Origin: Hormiphora californensis
Lineage: Eukaryota; Animalia; Ctenophora
DNA: 64,000 bases
Assembly: GCA_020137815.1 (NCBI GenBank)
Contig: CM035359.1
Location: forward strand, 7,130,001 to 7,194,000
Reading direction: 5' to 3'
Below the pieces are notes generated by a model. The model was not told the DNA's origin. It did not search any database and saw only the letters and a program-made list of their open reading frames with translations. The translations under genes and the position numbers were made by a program. Shown here one piece after another: positions 1 to 11,177 of this stretch (its first letter is position 1; each line of letters starts with the position of its first letter).

Positions 1-3000
1 AGGTGTGCAATAACCCCCAGAGTTCTGTTAGTAACCACATAGGACTGACAGGCTGCACTGGACCGGACCAGATCCACAAAGAGCCAGAGCAGGGTAGAAC
101 AGAGTTCGGGGGTCGAATCTGAGAGAGAGGAATGGAGTTAGATCAGGAAACATATAGAATCGCTGTAGTAGCGAATTAGGCACAGAAGACAAAAATAAAA
201 GGATACATCTGCAACTACAGTTGTGATGCACAGGAGAATCCAAACAAGACAATAGGTAGGTATATCGAATCTAAAATTTCAATTCCCCGAACAAAACAAC
301 AATAAGGTGTCTTGCGATTCTGAAGAAATCGCTCCCTACAATTATACCGTGTGCGGCAAAAAAAAGGCCCCCCCTAGACCACCATAGTTGCCGATGTGGT
401 GGAGAGCTGTAACTTGGCAGGGTTGCTCCACTATGTCTATCTTGATCCTGACAGAAAAATCAGAGCTCTAGCTCATAATTCATTTTCATGAACGGAATGA
501 ACTTCTCCGTTCCTTCGATATGAGACCCCCTCATCATTCAGAATTTTTTGCCCGTCTCCCTCCAGAAGGCGGCCAAACTTGATAAAGAACTCCTGTTCGA
601 TGGTGGGGTAGAGGGTGTTGGTTTCCTTCTTGAGCCAGATGAAGTTCCTCTGTTCGGGTGTAAAATGCATTGCAAGTAACGATTGGGAATGATTTTGATG
701 AACATTTGAAGATTTAAATACCCCAGATCCCTTGGCTAGTGTAATGTGAGATGATAGGCTGATTAGTGACACAAGATGGCCCCTCCTTGATGAAATGATC
801 TCGTATCACGGGCCGCTTGAGAACTTTGACAAGAACTGGTGACATGAACCCAATCAATCAGCATCACAAAGTGACTTGAGAGCATTGTGGAGGGATATTC
901 AAGGGATATGAGAGCAATAATCCGTTATTGAGACATGTTAACAGCACCCCAAACCCACTTTTCACCACGTGACCGGGCCTGGATCACATGTCAGGAGTGA
1001 CGGTCGGAAAACCCTCCACTGTGTCTCTCCTGGTAATCAGATTATGCTCAAATTGGTCTCATTACAAAGATAATCGTTAGCCAAAGACGGGCAAAAAATT
1101 CTGAATGATGAGGGGGTCTCATATCGAAGGAACGGAGAAGTTCATTCCGTTCATGAAAATGAATTATGAGCTAGAGCTCTGATTTTTCTGTCAGGATCAA
1201 GATAGACATAGTGGAGCAACCCTGCCAAGTTACAGCTCTCCACCACATCGGCAACTATGGTGGTCTAGGGGGGGCCTTTTTTTGCCGCACACGGTAGTAC
1301 CTGTGCATGTGGTGAGTTGTTCAAAGAGGGGTAGCAGCACCTGGATACCCCCCAGGGAGTGGAGGGCACTCTGAATACTCCGTGTAGCCACTGTCTCTAC
1401 ACCCTCCAATAAGATAGCGTGGGAACTGTTAACAAAGAAATCTTGGATCGGATTCTGTGCTACCTGAGAGAGAGAATTTTGGGGGAATTGTGGTTTTAAA
1501 TGGAGGGAGAGGGGGATTTAGGGAGTGGTAGTGGTTTGAAATGTAGTCATGTTGGAGGGAGAGTAAGAGAGTGGGAGAGAGTGGTAGTGGTTTGAAATGG
1601 AGAGGGAGGGCCGGAGTTAGGGAATAGTAGTGGTTTGGAGTAATGTTCGGTTATCGGTGTGTAAGAAAGGTGTGGTTAAACCGATGACAAAGTTAGCGTT
1701 CTTCTGCGTTTCCTACCTCAAATGATAACTGTCCATTACATGCTTTAGGGTTGTAACTAAAGATGGTTGAGTTAGCTAGTTTCCCGTTATAGATCAGGTT
1801 CTGGTCAGTAGCAGGAATAGGTACATCGTGTTCATTACCGTATTTGAAGGCATGCTGAGGGGGAGATGTTAGCGTTAGTTGGGAAACTCTCGCTGTAGAG
1901 TGAGAGTTGTAGAAAGTTTGCAGAAACAGCTCCATTTGGGCTGAAAGATTATTGGTCCTACACCGAACTGTCAGTCCGTGCGGTGTGAAACATACACCAA
2001 GTTATATCTCACCTTGTAGCCGGGACCCAGTCGGTAAAGGGCATTAACAGTGGGTCCAGTGAGACACTCACTAAACATGGTGACACTACTCATCTGACCG
2101 CAGAATGAAGTCTCTACAGTTGCACGGGGAGATGAGCCTATGTAGCACTTGTCAAACGGTTCACTAGTGTTTACAAACCCTACATCCTGAGAGGGGAGGG
2201 GTTGTTAGGGAGGGAAGAGGGTTGTTAGGGAGTGGGGAGTTGTTAGGGAAATAGGGAGGAATAAGGGATTGTTAGGGAAAAATAAGGGATTGTTAGGGAG
2301 GGGAGTTGTTAGAGAGGGGTTTGTTATGAAATAAAGGATTCTGTGAGTCAGACAAAGAATACTCTAGCTCCATGATTTTGTACAGTAATTGTGCAATAAT
2401 ACCTTGTCTACCTAAAGATCGTATACCTGTCTGTGTACTTGTCTGCCGTTGATAAAGCACAGCATCTCACAACTCTTTAGTCTGTGATACACGTACACAA
2501 CAGATATCATGTACCACTGAAACATAGAGTGGTTACTAGGCGGTTACCATGGTTACTAGGTAGTTACTAGGGGGTTGCCATGGTTACTAGGGGGTTACCA
2601 TGGTTACCTGGCAGTTACTAGCAATACCATGGTTACTACCTGCTGGAATCTGGGGGGGGGGCCCGCGTATTAAAATGTCCTTTAATGTCCCTCGATTTTT
2701 GGGACATTAAATTGTCCGTTATTATTTAGGACATTAAAAGACATTAAAGGACATTATAAGACATTAAAAGACATTAAATTATAACTTCCAAAAACCATTC
2801 CAAAATGTGTTACCAAACATGTTTACCACCAATGTACTACTAAAGGTCCCATCTTTCGATTCCAATGAATGTCATAAATGTTCACTGGTGATTAGGCTTG
2901 CTTTTGCGTGGGGCGTGGGTGCGGTACCTTTTTTACATACATGCATATTTCTAGCCTAGACGATATCTCAAAATCATCTTATGAAACGAGTAGAAAAGAC

Positions 3001-6000
3001 ACCTAACAGCCCCGAACAGCCCCGATTTTGATGAAACTTGGTCAGAATAGTGTTTGGTGTCAAAATAAATTTAGTGCTCAACTCCTAAATTTACGATTTT
3101 TAGGTTTTTTAGGTTTTTTGGTTTTTATGGGTTTCAGGAACGTCCTAGAACAAAATGAATAGAACCATCTTTCTCAGCGTGAAATTCTGTATTGATTTTA
3201 GTGGCTATAAACCTTTCTATGACGTAGAGTTATTCCAAACGGGTACATGTTATAGGGGCGGGTACATGTTTTAGGCTAACGGGCGAACCTCTTGTCAGAA
3301 CACCATGTTATATGTACTCAATCGACGTGTATTGGTGAGGAAATCATTTTAGTGAAAACCATTTTGATCTGCGATGTCTGTGTAACGAATAAAACCTAAA
3401 AAACCTTACCACATGAAGCATACCCGTTTGATTTTTTGGGATAACTTCTGAACCTTACGACTACGTCATAGAAAGGTTTATAGCCACTATGATCGATGCA
3501 GAATTTCACGCCGAGAAAGATGATTCTATTTATTTTGTTCTAGGACGTTCCTGAAACCCATAAAAGCCAAAAAACCTAAAAAACCTAAAAAAACCTAAAT
3601 TTAGGATTTGAGCACTCAAAAAAATTTTGACTTCTAATTAGACATCAAAGACCATTCGAATGGTCTTTGATGTCTAATTAGAAGTCAAACTTTTTTTGAG
3701 TGCTCAAATCCTAAATTTAGGTTTTTTTAAAAGAATGCATTCTGACTGAGTTTCATCAAAATCGGGGCTATTTTCACTTTAAAACCTTGACATTTAGTCC
3801 AGAACTTCAAAATTTCCGGGGTTCGCTTAGAGGTACAGGGCCACCCTAAAATGAGGCTTAATCACCCCCAACATCTATGGTATTGGTTGGAATCGATAGA
3901 GGGGACATTAGAAGTAAATATTAAGTGGTTGAAAACACCATTTTAGTTTAATAATAGCTGAAAATTCATGTTTTAATTAAATGTCCTTTAATGTCCTATA
4001 ATGTCTTTTAATGTCCTTTAATGTCCCAGGGACATTAAAGTCAGACGTGTTTATTTAGGACATGGATATTAAATTCACGCGGGCCCCCCCCCTGGAATCT
4101 ACTATAAATGAAACATCTTCAGTTTGGAAGCTATTCAACTCACTGTGTGGGGTTCGAGACGTTTCTCTATTTTGGAGGGTGTTTTGGTCATCTTGCCGGT
4201 GATCTGACCCTTTCCAGTGACAGTTTCTAGTAGGAGCTGTTGGTTGGATACCATAGCTGAGTAACCCAGTCCCTTACCAGTCTTGAACCTGAGGATGGGG
4301 GATGTATTAGAGAGGTTGTACCAGGTATAGGAGGTTTGGAGTATGGGATTCAAGCTAGGGAACTATAACAGAGCTCAAAGTAAAGAGTTAACTAAATGTG
4401 AGATGAGAATTGAACACGTACCAGTAGAGGAAGGGTTTATAGCTGGGGAACATGAAGCGTGGATCAAAGCTAACCCAGAGGTTTAGAGTGAATCCTGGGT
4501 TACTAGGCCACCGTGTTATAGGAGGAATTGTAATAGCCTGGGATATGGGGAGTTAGTTAGAATGAAATGGAGGTGCTATACAAATGGTCATTGATTTCCA
4601 ATCACAGGTCTCACATCCCACAATAGAATTTATGACCATCTTGCTAACTCGGGGGTGGGTAAATGAAAACAAGTAGTTCTTCTTACCGATCCAAGTTCGC
4701 CAGTAAAATTGAACATAATTTCAGGGATGATTCGTTTAGGCATCATCCGCATGGCACTCAGCAACTGCTTTGACTGTGTCGGCTGAGAGAGAGGAGTAGT
4801 TTTGTGTTAGGAGATACAGATATTTGAAAAGAGGGGGGGGGGGGTTAAGTTGAAAAAGGGACCATATAAAAAGGGGGCCCAATGAGGTTATTACCCATTT
4901 ATTATCCTCGGTAGGGGTGAGGGCATCAAGGAATAGTTTCAATTCCTCAACAGAGAGATCGTAGGATGAGATGGTTCCGATAAATTCAGCTATTCTCTCT
5001 CCTAGCACAGCATCCTTCTCTTCCTTACACTCTGTATATTGGTTGGAGTCTTATTGGTTTGGAGTAGTTTGGTTGGATTGGAATGGGTGTGAATGAGCTT
5101 GGTACTCAATTGGTACTCAATTGCCTTGTTCGACCCTCCAAATAAAAAGGTTTGAACAAAACAAGTACTCAACTTTAAATGGCATGAAGGAGGTTTCAGA
5201 AGGTTTTGAAGAGAAGAAAAAGAAAAGAAGAGGTTTCAGAAGATCGTCTGTTAGGGATTTACTCACGCGATATGAGATCGAGACACAGTGGAACTAGGTC
5301 GATGGTACAGCATACTTGAAGGTTTCTAAGGGACCTCCCAACTATAGAGATCAACTTCTGCCACACCTCAACCTACAGGATAGTGTTAGAGACTTTGATA
5401 GTGCCAGGGAGAATGTTTTCAAGGGAAAATGTTTCAAGAATCACTTGTAATATATCACCTGAAGGGCGTGGTTTAGGTATGGAAGGAGCTCTAGTAGAAT
5501 CCAAATTGCTGCTGGATCACGGATGTAGTCTGACTGTTCGTTACCCATCAACTGAAACATGGTTACTGGTTAGATTAGCAGATCTTGTTTAGTTCTAACC
5601 CTCCTTTAGAGCAGCATGATGTAATTGGTTTTGGGTAACTTTTGGGTTTCACAATTATGTTGGTGGAAAGTGAACCAGTCGCGTGTTTAATAATTCAAAA
5701 TTTCGAGTATAATTGAGTGTTTATACAACATGTGTACGTGTGTAAAGGTGCTGCACAGTGTAAGTTACAACCCCACGAATCATGAGACACTCTGTGTGTG
5801 TGTCTGATTGCCCGCTGCGGCTGTGAGCGCCAGCTGCCCTCTGCACACGCAAGCAGGAGGATACTTCGCGCGCATAGGGTACATGGTGTGTTGCCGCGCG
5901 CTACACAAAGTAAGGGGATAATGAGGGTGAAGATTTGACATTGTGAGATTTGAATTGTGAGTGTGCAATATTTGAGGTTCAGTGAGTTGTGTGATGAGGA

Positions 6001-7746
6001 AATATGTGAATTTGAACATAGAGTATATCATGGTAAACCGAGATGTAAATTAGTTTTGAACTACTCAAAGCATTACATTTAGAAATTTAGACTGTCCAAC
6101 TATATTCAGAGAGCATTCGTGTTTCATGGGTGGCTTTCATCGCTTCAATCATTGTGTTTCCCGCGTATATTACCCACTCAATATAACTTCTAGCATCTCT
6201 CATAGTAAGAGAGTATGATGGAGAAAACGATAGAGAGAGAAGGATAAATAGATAGAGAGAGAAGGATAGATAGATAGAGAGAAAGAAAGAAGGAAGCCCG
6301 GCACACACAGCTCCCAAGGGAATTTGCCTGGGTGGGTGTGTATAATTACTACACATGTCACGTGTACAAGTAAGAATGATTGACACACAATACACAGCAC
6401 ACATGCAGGAGGAAGAGTAACAAAGAGACACTCTTGTAAGGACACGTCCCATTTTAGTTGGTGTTCAACAGACATTCTACATTTCAATTCGACACTAAAT
6501 CGTATCATTTATCCCATATTATATCTGTGTTAAGACGTCTAAATAAGAGAGGGGCGGGGTTGAGGGGTTCCTAGAAAATGTGGTCAGGGGTCTGTTGACT
6601 GATGTATGAGAGAGGATGAGAGATGATGAGAGATGATGAGAGATATACTTAGTTGTCTGTCATTGCAATGTATAGTAACCTGTTTCAAACTCGGAACTGT
6701 ATGAAGCATTGTTGTGGTCGCTGTTAAACTTAACAGAGTCGACCACATCTCCCTGCCACTTATCACAGGTTGATTGTGTAGAATTAGAGAACCAGTAAAC
6801 CAATACCTCCTCACCATTGCACCAGATTGAGGTTGATTTATTAGTTTTACTAAATTTCCACACTTTCTCTCTCTCAGGTGGGAGCCAGGTAAATTCATGC
6901 CAGTCGCAACAATATCCCAGGTGCCAGACGATGGGTGCATTGAAGCGGATCCAATATGCTGCAACATGATTTCCATCTTTATCGTATATGATAATTCGTG
7001 TGTAATCTCCACTGCCAGCGGTTGAGTTCGTGTAGACTGATATGGGATTGTTCTCCAGATCCCATGGTATCAGGATATTTTTTACTACTGGCACCCACAC
7101 CCGGGCTGTGGAAAATGTTTGGTATTGTACTAGCACAAAGTAAACTCTGTCCAACCTAGATCTTTACTACTACTGCTACTGCGTTACCTTGGTATGTAAG
7201 ATGGGGCAGCCCGATAAAGACGACCAACACAACAAACAACATCTATAACAAATTATATATAGTTGTCAGATATCTGATAACTAGACAGATAGTTCACATA
7301 TATCTGATAACTAGAAGTAGAAATATAGAAAGAAAGGAGTGTATTGGAAAGGTAGGATAGGATCCATTATAGCCAAGTGCCGCCCTAATTGATCTTTAAA
7401 ACACGATGTCTCAACACGTGGAAACATGCTCCATGACGCTTATCTACCAAGCAGCAAAGTTGCTATACACAATTTAATATTATATATACCCCCATGATAG
7501 GTGCTTCATTAGCTACTTCGGGAGGTTAGAGAAGCAATTACGAGACTGATTAGATAACCTTTAAATTTCTCCCGATTCATCTTTGGCTCTTTCTCTCTCG
7601 TTCTCCCTTTCTCTCTCGTTCTCGGTGGAAATATTTCTTGGCGAGGGGTTAAAATATCATTGAGCAATCCTACGAGACAGCAGTGCTCTGAAGGCAAAAC
7701 TAACGGGCGTCAATCTGGAAATGATGGCATAAAGTTGGGCTAGATC

Positions 7747-7806
<60 letters not shown>

Positions 7807-8258
7807 CCCGTTTGCACGTGGAAAATGGATATAACAGCCAGATTGAGATACAATAATGGGCCGTTAAAGATTGAGATCGGAGTCACGTCCACCTCTCTTA
7901 AACTTGTTCGCAGTTTATCAAAGATATAATGTTTATATCCCCATCTCTCCATTCTGTATCTCCTGTCTGGTGTGCTGCTTCCCCCTCCCTGTGTCACACA
8001 GTTGATACAATATTCAGAGGTGTTTTGCAAGTCATATACCAGTCACTAACTGGATTAATGATTAATAAGTCACATGTCACTTCATGGCTCAGACAACTGA
8101 AGATTAAAAAGTTAACCATGAGCCAAGTTATGGACTTGTAAAACCGATCTCCTTTTCTGAGGGACGTCAAAAAACTCTGCAGATTGTTGAGCAACCCTCC
8201 AGCTATGTCGGAATCATTTAACTGTCTCAGCAGAACTCTAGAGAATTCTAGAAAGAGG

Positions 8259-8324
<66 letters not shown>

Positions 8325-8933
8325 TAGTGACAGAGAGAGTGACAGAGAGAGTGACAGAGAGAGTGACAGAGAGAGAGAGAGAGAGAGAATGACAGAGAAA
8401 GAGAGATATTCAAAGTATTGCACAAGACACTCCCTAGGCGTAGGCCCATTAGTCAACACTGGTTTCGCATGATTAAGATGACTGCCACTTAACTTGATTT
8501 ATTTTACGTGCAGATTGGGTGTCGTGGGAAATGTGTTGGTGCTTGTATGTTGCTGGATAGATAAAATATGCGGGTTGTTTGACAGATACAGTGCGTTTGA
8601 AATGGTCGCATCAGCGCATCTCGCATAATCGGATCGAAGTGTAGACAACAACACGTGATTGTGTGGCCCATAAAAAGATTGTTATCACGTCATGACACAT
8701 ACCAGGATATATATCGGTGTTAGAACTGCTTGGTTGATGGTCTCTCCCTCCACCTTAACGATAGTACTGACTATACTTCTCACATAGTTCAGACTGGGAG
8801 GGGTACATTGTTACTGTTAGTTAGTAATTAAGTTAGTAAATAATTAAGTAACTCACCTCTCCTTGGGTATTGCCTTCCTGAGGGGTTGGCTGGGTGGCTT
8901 TGGAGCCAGGGACACTCTCGTAGTCTCACTCAT
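1..8933 (-). CDS. NBEA: Neurobeachin/LRBA-family BEACH protein, 5' part (continues beyond window start)
   Basis: GT-AG exons with consistent phase: 8857-8933, 8703-8793, 5459-5551, 5267-5372, 4895-5031, 4687-4782, 4422-4537, 4144-4288, 2427-2516, 2013-2186, 1717-1854, 1301-1463, <1-118. Peptides such as ITIPPITRWP..GFTLNLW, FKTGKGLGYSA, WYMISVVYVY, FDKCYIGSS, FCGQM, YRLGPGYK and SIQSALHSLGGIQVLLPLFEQL match the NBEA/LRBA N-terminal region. NBEA vs LRBA cannot be resolved. Confidence 0.92.
347..1294 (-). mobile_element. Internally deleted Tc1/mariner-type element with ~210-bp TIRs and TA TSD
   Basis: 347-557 is the reverse complement of 1085-1294; flanked by TA (345-346, 1295-1296). Internal MHFTPEQRNFIW...EFFIKFGR resembles a transposase N-terminal HTH (DUF4817-like). 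Confidence 0.85.
2545..2637. repeat. Short tandem array of CCATGGTTAC motif
   Basis: GTTRCCATGGTTAC repeated about 4 times; same motif clustered at 37518-37565 and 38432-38470. Confidence 0.6.
2652..4091. mobile_element. Non-autonomous foldback/Mutator-like element with 9-bp TSD
   Basis: CTGGAATCT at 2643-2651 and 4092-4100; termini G10CCCGCGT / ACGCGGGC8; subterminal GACATTAAA repeats in inverted orientation; internal inverted repeats. Lies in an NBEA intron. Confidence 0.8.
6584..7242 (-). CDS. Small secreted protein (~162 aa) with a ctenophore-type WDLE...CNGEEV domain, nested in NBEA intron 2
   Basis: Exons 7188-7242 (MLFVVLVVFIGLPHLTYQ, signal-like), 6680-7105 (phase 1-1; WVPVVKNILIPWDLENNPISVYTNS...KVWKFSK...WCNGEEVLVYWFS) and 6584-6591 (DP*). 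All GT-AG and in frame. Confidence 0.8.
7748..7803. repeat. (AG)n microsatellite
   Basis: Pure AG run; similar tracts near 8263-8400, 11100-11180, 14860-14955, 23330-23390, 33555-33620, 33895-33980, 36230-36310 and 36620-36694. Confidence 0.95.
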
Positions 8934-9208
8934 CCGACAACTACTACTATAAAGTATTGCAGGTTAGTACTGAATCAGCATAGTGATTGTAGTGAATTAT
9001 ATAGTAGTAATTGAAGACTAATATGATACAGAGGTATAAAACCATCATTGCAAACAATCAGTTAAAACATTAATAATTTACAACAGCAGTATAAAATTGA
9101 CAATCGATCTTATAAATCATTTCATGGTCCAAGGTTCACTTCCCTTAATTCATAAACAGAAAAATGTAGTAAGACCATGCAACCAACTAATCAATTAAAA
9201 TCCAACAT

Positions 9209-9251
<43 letters not shown>

Positions 9252-11103
9252 TCAAAAGTCAATAACATCACCGAGTGTGTTCCATATCTTGACAGATCCT
9301 GAGGTAGCCACGGTGTAATCTAACGCATGTTTCGTTGTAGGGAAAACTGTCACTGAAAGGAAGGACTGTGTTAGAGAATTGGAGAGGGAATGATTGCTAG
9401 AAGTTGGAATTGGTGTGAAGGAGTAAGGAGTGTTAGGGGAGGTATGGGGCTTGATGAAGGTGACAGTGTGACAGACTGTGTATGTAGTGATCGGGGCTTG
9501 GAATAGTCTCGAAGAGGGGGCAGCCATCTGAAACCAGCTACCACACATGGAAACATGCATGAATCACACCACCTACACAGCAGCCACACATGGAAACATG
9601 CATGAATCACACCGCCTACACTCCCCACCTGAGTTTCTGTCCACTTTCAGGCCACTAAAGGTGCTCTGTTTAGTTTTGAACTTCACTTCACAGTAAGCAG
9701 AGAGGTCCCTCAGCCTGGGTAGATCTACAGCTCCTCCTTTAGACTTGGGGTCAAATATTACACTACCAGCCAACTTCAAGGTATCTAATGGGGTCAAATA
9801 TTACACTACCAGTCAACTTCAAGGTATCTAATGGGGTCAAATATTACACTGCCAGTCAACTTCAAGGTATCTAATGGGGTCAAATATTACACTACCAGTC
9901 AACTTCAAGGTATCTAATGGGGTCAAATATTACACTACCAGTCAACTTCAAGGTATCTAATGGGCGATGAGTATAAAGAATATTACTTACAATAAATTCA
10001 GCTAATATGTTCCCTATTTTGAAAACTAATTATTCCTAGCAGGGGGAAACATTTTATGCCATAATCATCTAAGAGCTTGAAACTTGACATGCTTGAGATC
10101 CCAGCGCAAAACAAGTCCCTCTCCTACTAAAGGAGGGTTAACAGAGTGTCTCTGCAATTCAAATACATTGCATCCCTTACCTGTGGGGTAGACCATGAGT
10201 TTCTTGAAGGCTAGTGAGCTTTTCCTTTTCTCTAACTTCCAGCAGTCAGTAGGACCCTCTGCTTTGTAAGATTCGATCAAACCCCGGTTAGGAAAGGGAA
10301 ATATAACCTGCAGAACAGACCCACCCTTTAGCATGGGAGGAGGTTCACAGAAATCAGAGGTGCTTATCGAATCTACTACTACAGCTAGCACACCAGAAAG
10401 AGTGCCATACTGCCATGGTCTCCCCTCTTTGTTTCTCACCTCTAGCAAGTCTACTGTGTAAACACGTGTGAGAGCGAGAGAGAACTCCAGAACGTTCGGC
10501 TGCTGTTTAGGTTGGATCACTTGATAAACCCCAGTCAGTGGTTCAGGAGAGGGGATATCGAATGTGTATCTGGGAGGTGGGGATCAGGGGAGGTGGGGGT
10601 AAAACGAGACTATAAAATAGGTCAGGTTTAGGGTTCAGCCCTCCTATCCCATCTCATGATAGATTGTCATGTATTACCTGAACAGCTCAGTGGTGTCGGG
10701 TGAAGAAGGAAAGAAGAACTGTTCCAGAGAGACTCTGGCAGGTATTGTTCCAGTTAGGTTGGTTGAGTTAAGGAACTGTCCTGATACATCCGTTCCCAGG
10801 GACAACAAACTCCTTGTCTAGGAAAGAGGAGGGAGGGGGTTAGGGGGTGTTTAGTAAAGAGTAGGGAGGGGGTTAGCAGAGTGAGGATGGGGTTACGGGG
10901 TGTCTAGTAAAGGGGAGGGATGTGGAGGTTAGCAGAGTGAGGATGGGGTCAGGTACAGGAGAGCAGAAGACTCAGACCGATCTCAGGGCTACAACAGAAA
11001 GATTCCAGGTCCCACCTACACACATATTACTACTAATCTCCCACCTCGGAGTGTATAATAATATCTACTCAGGAAGCATGTGATTATACGGAAATGAGGG
11101 AGA

Positions 11104-11177
<74 letters not shown>

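Noticed and set aside
2641-4140. Idea that the 9-bp-TSD element interrupts an NBEA exon
   Set aside because: Exon 4144-4288 splices in phase to 2427-2516, so the element is intronic.
7800-8260. Possible extra exons in NBEA intron 2
   Set aside because: No recognisable homology or consistent splice chain.
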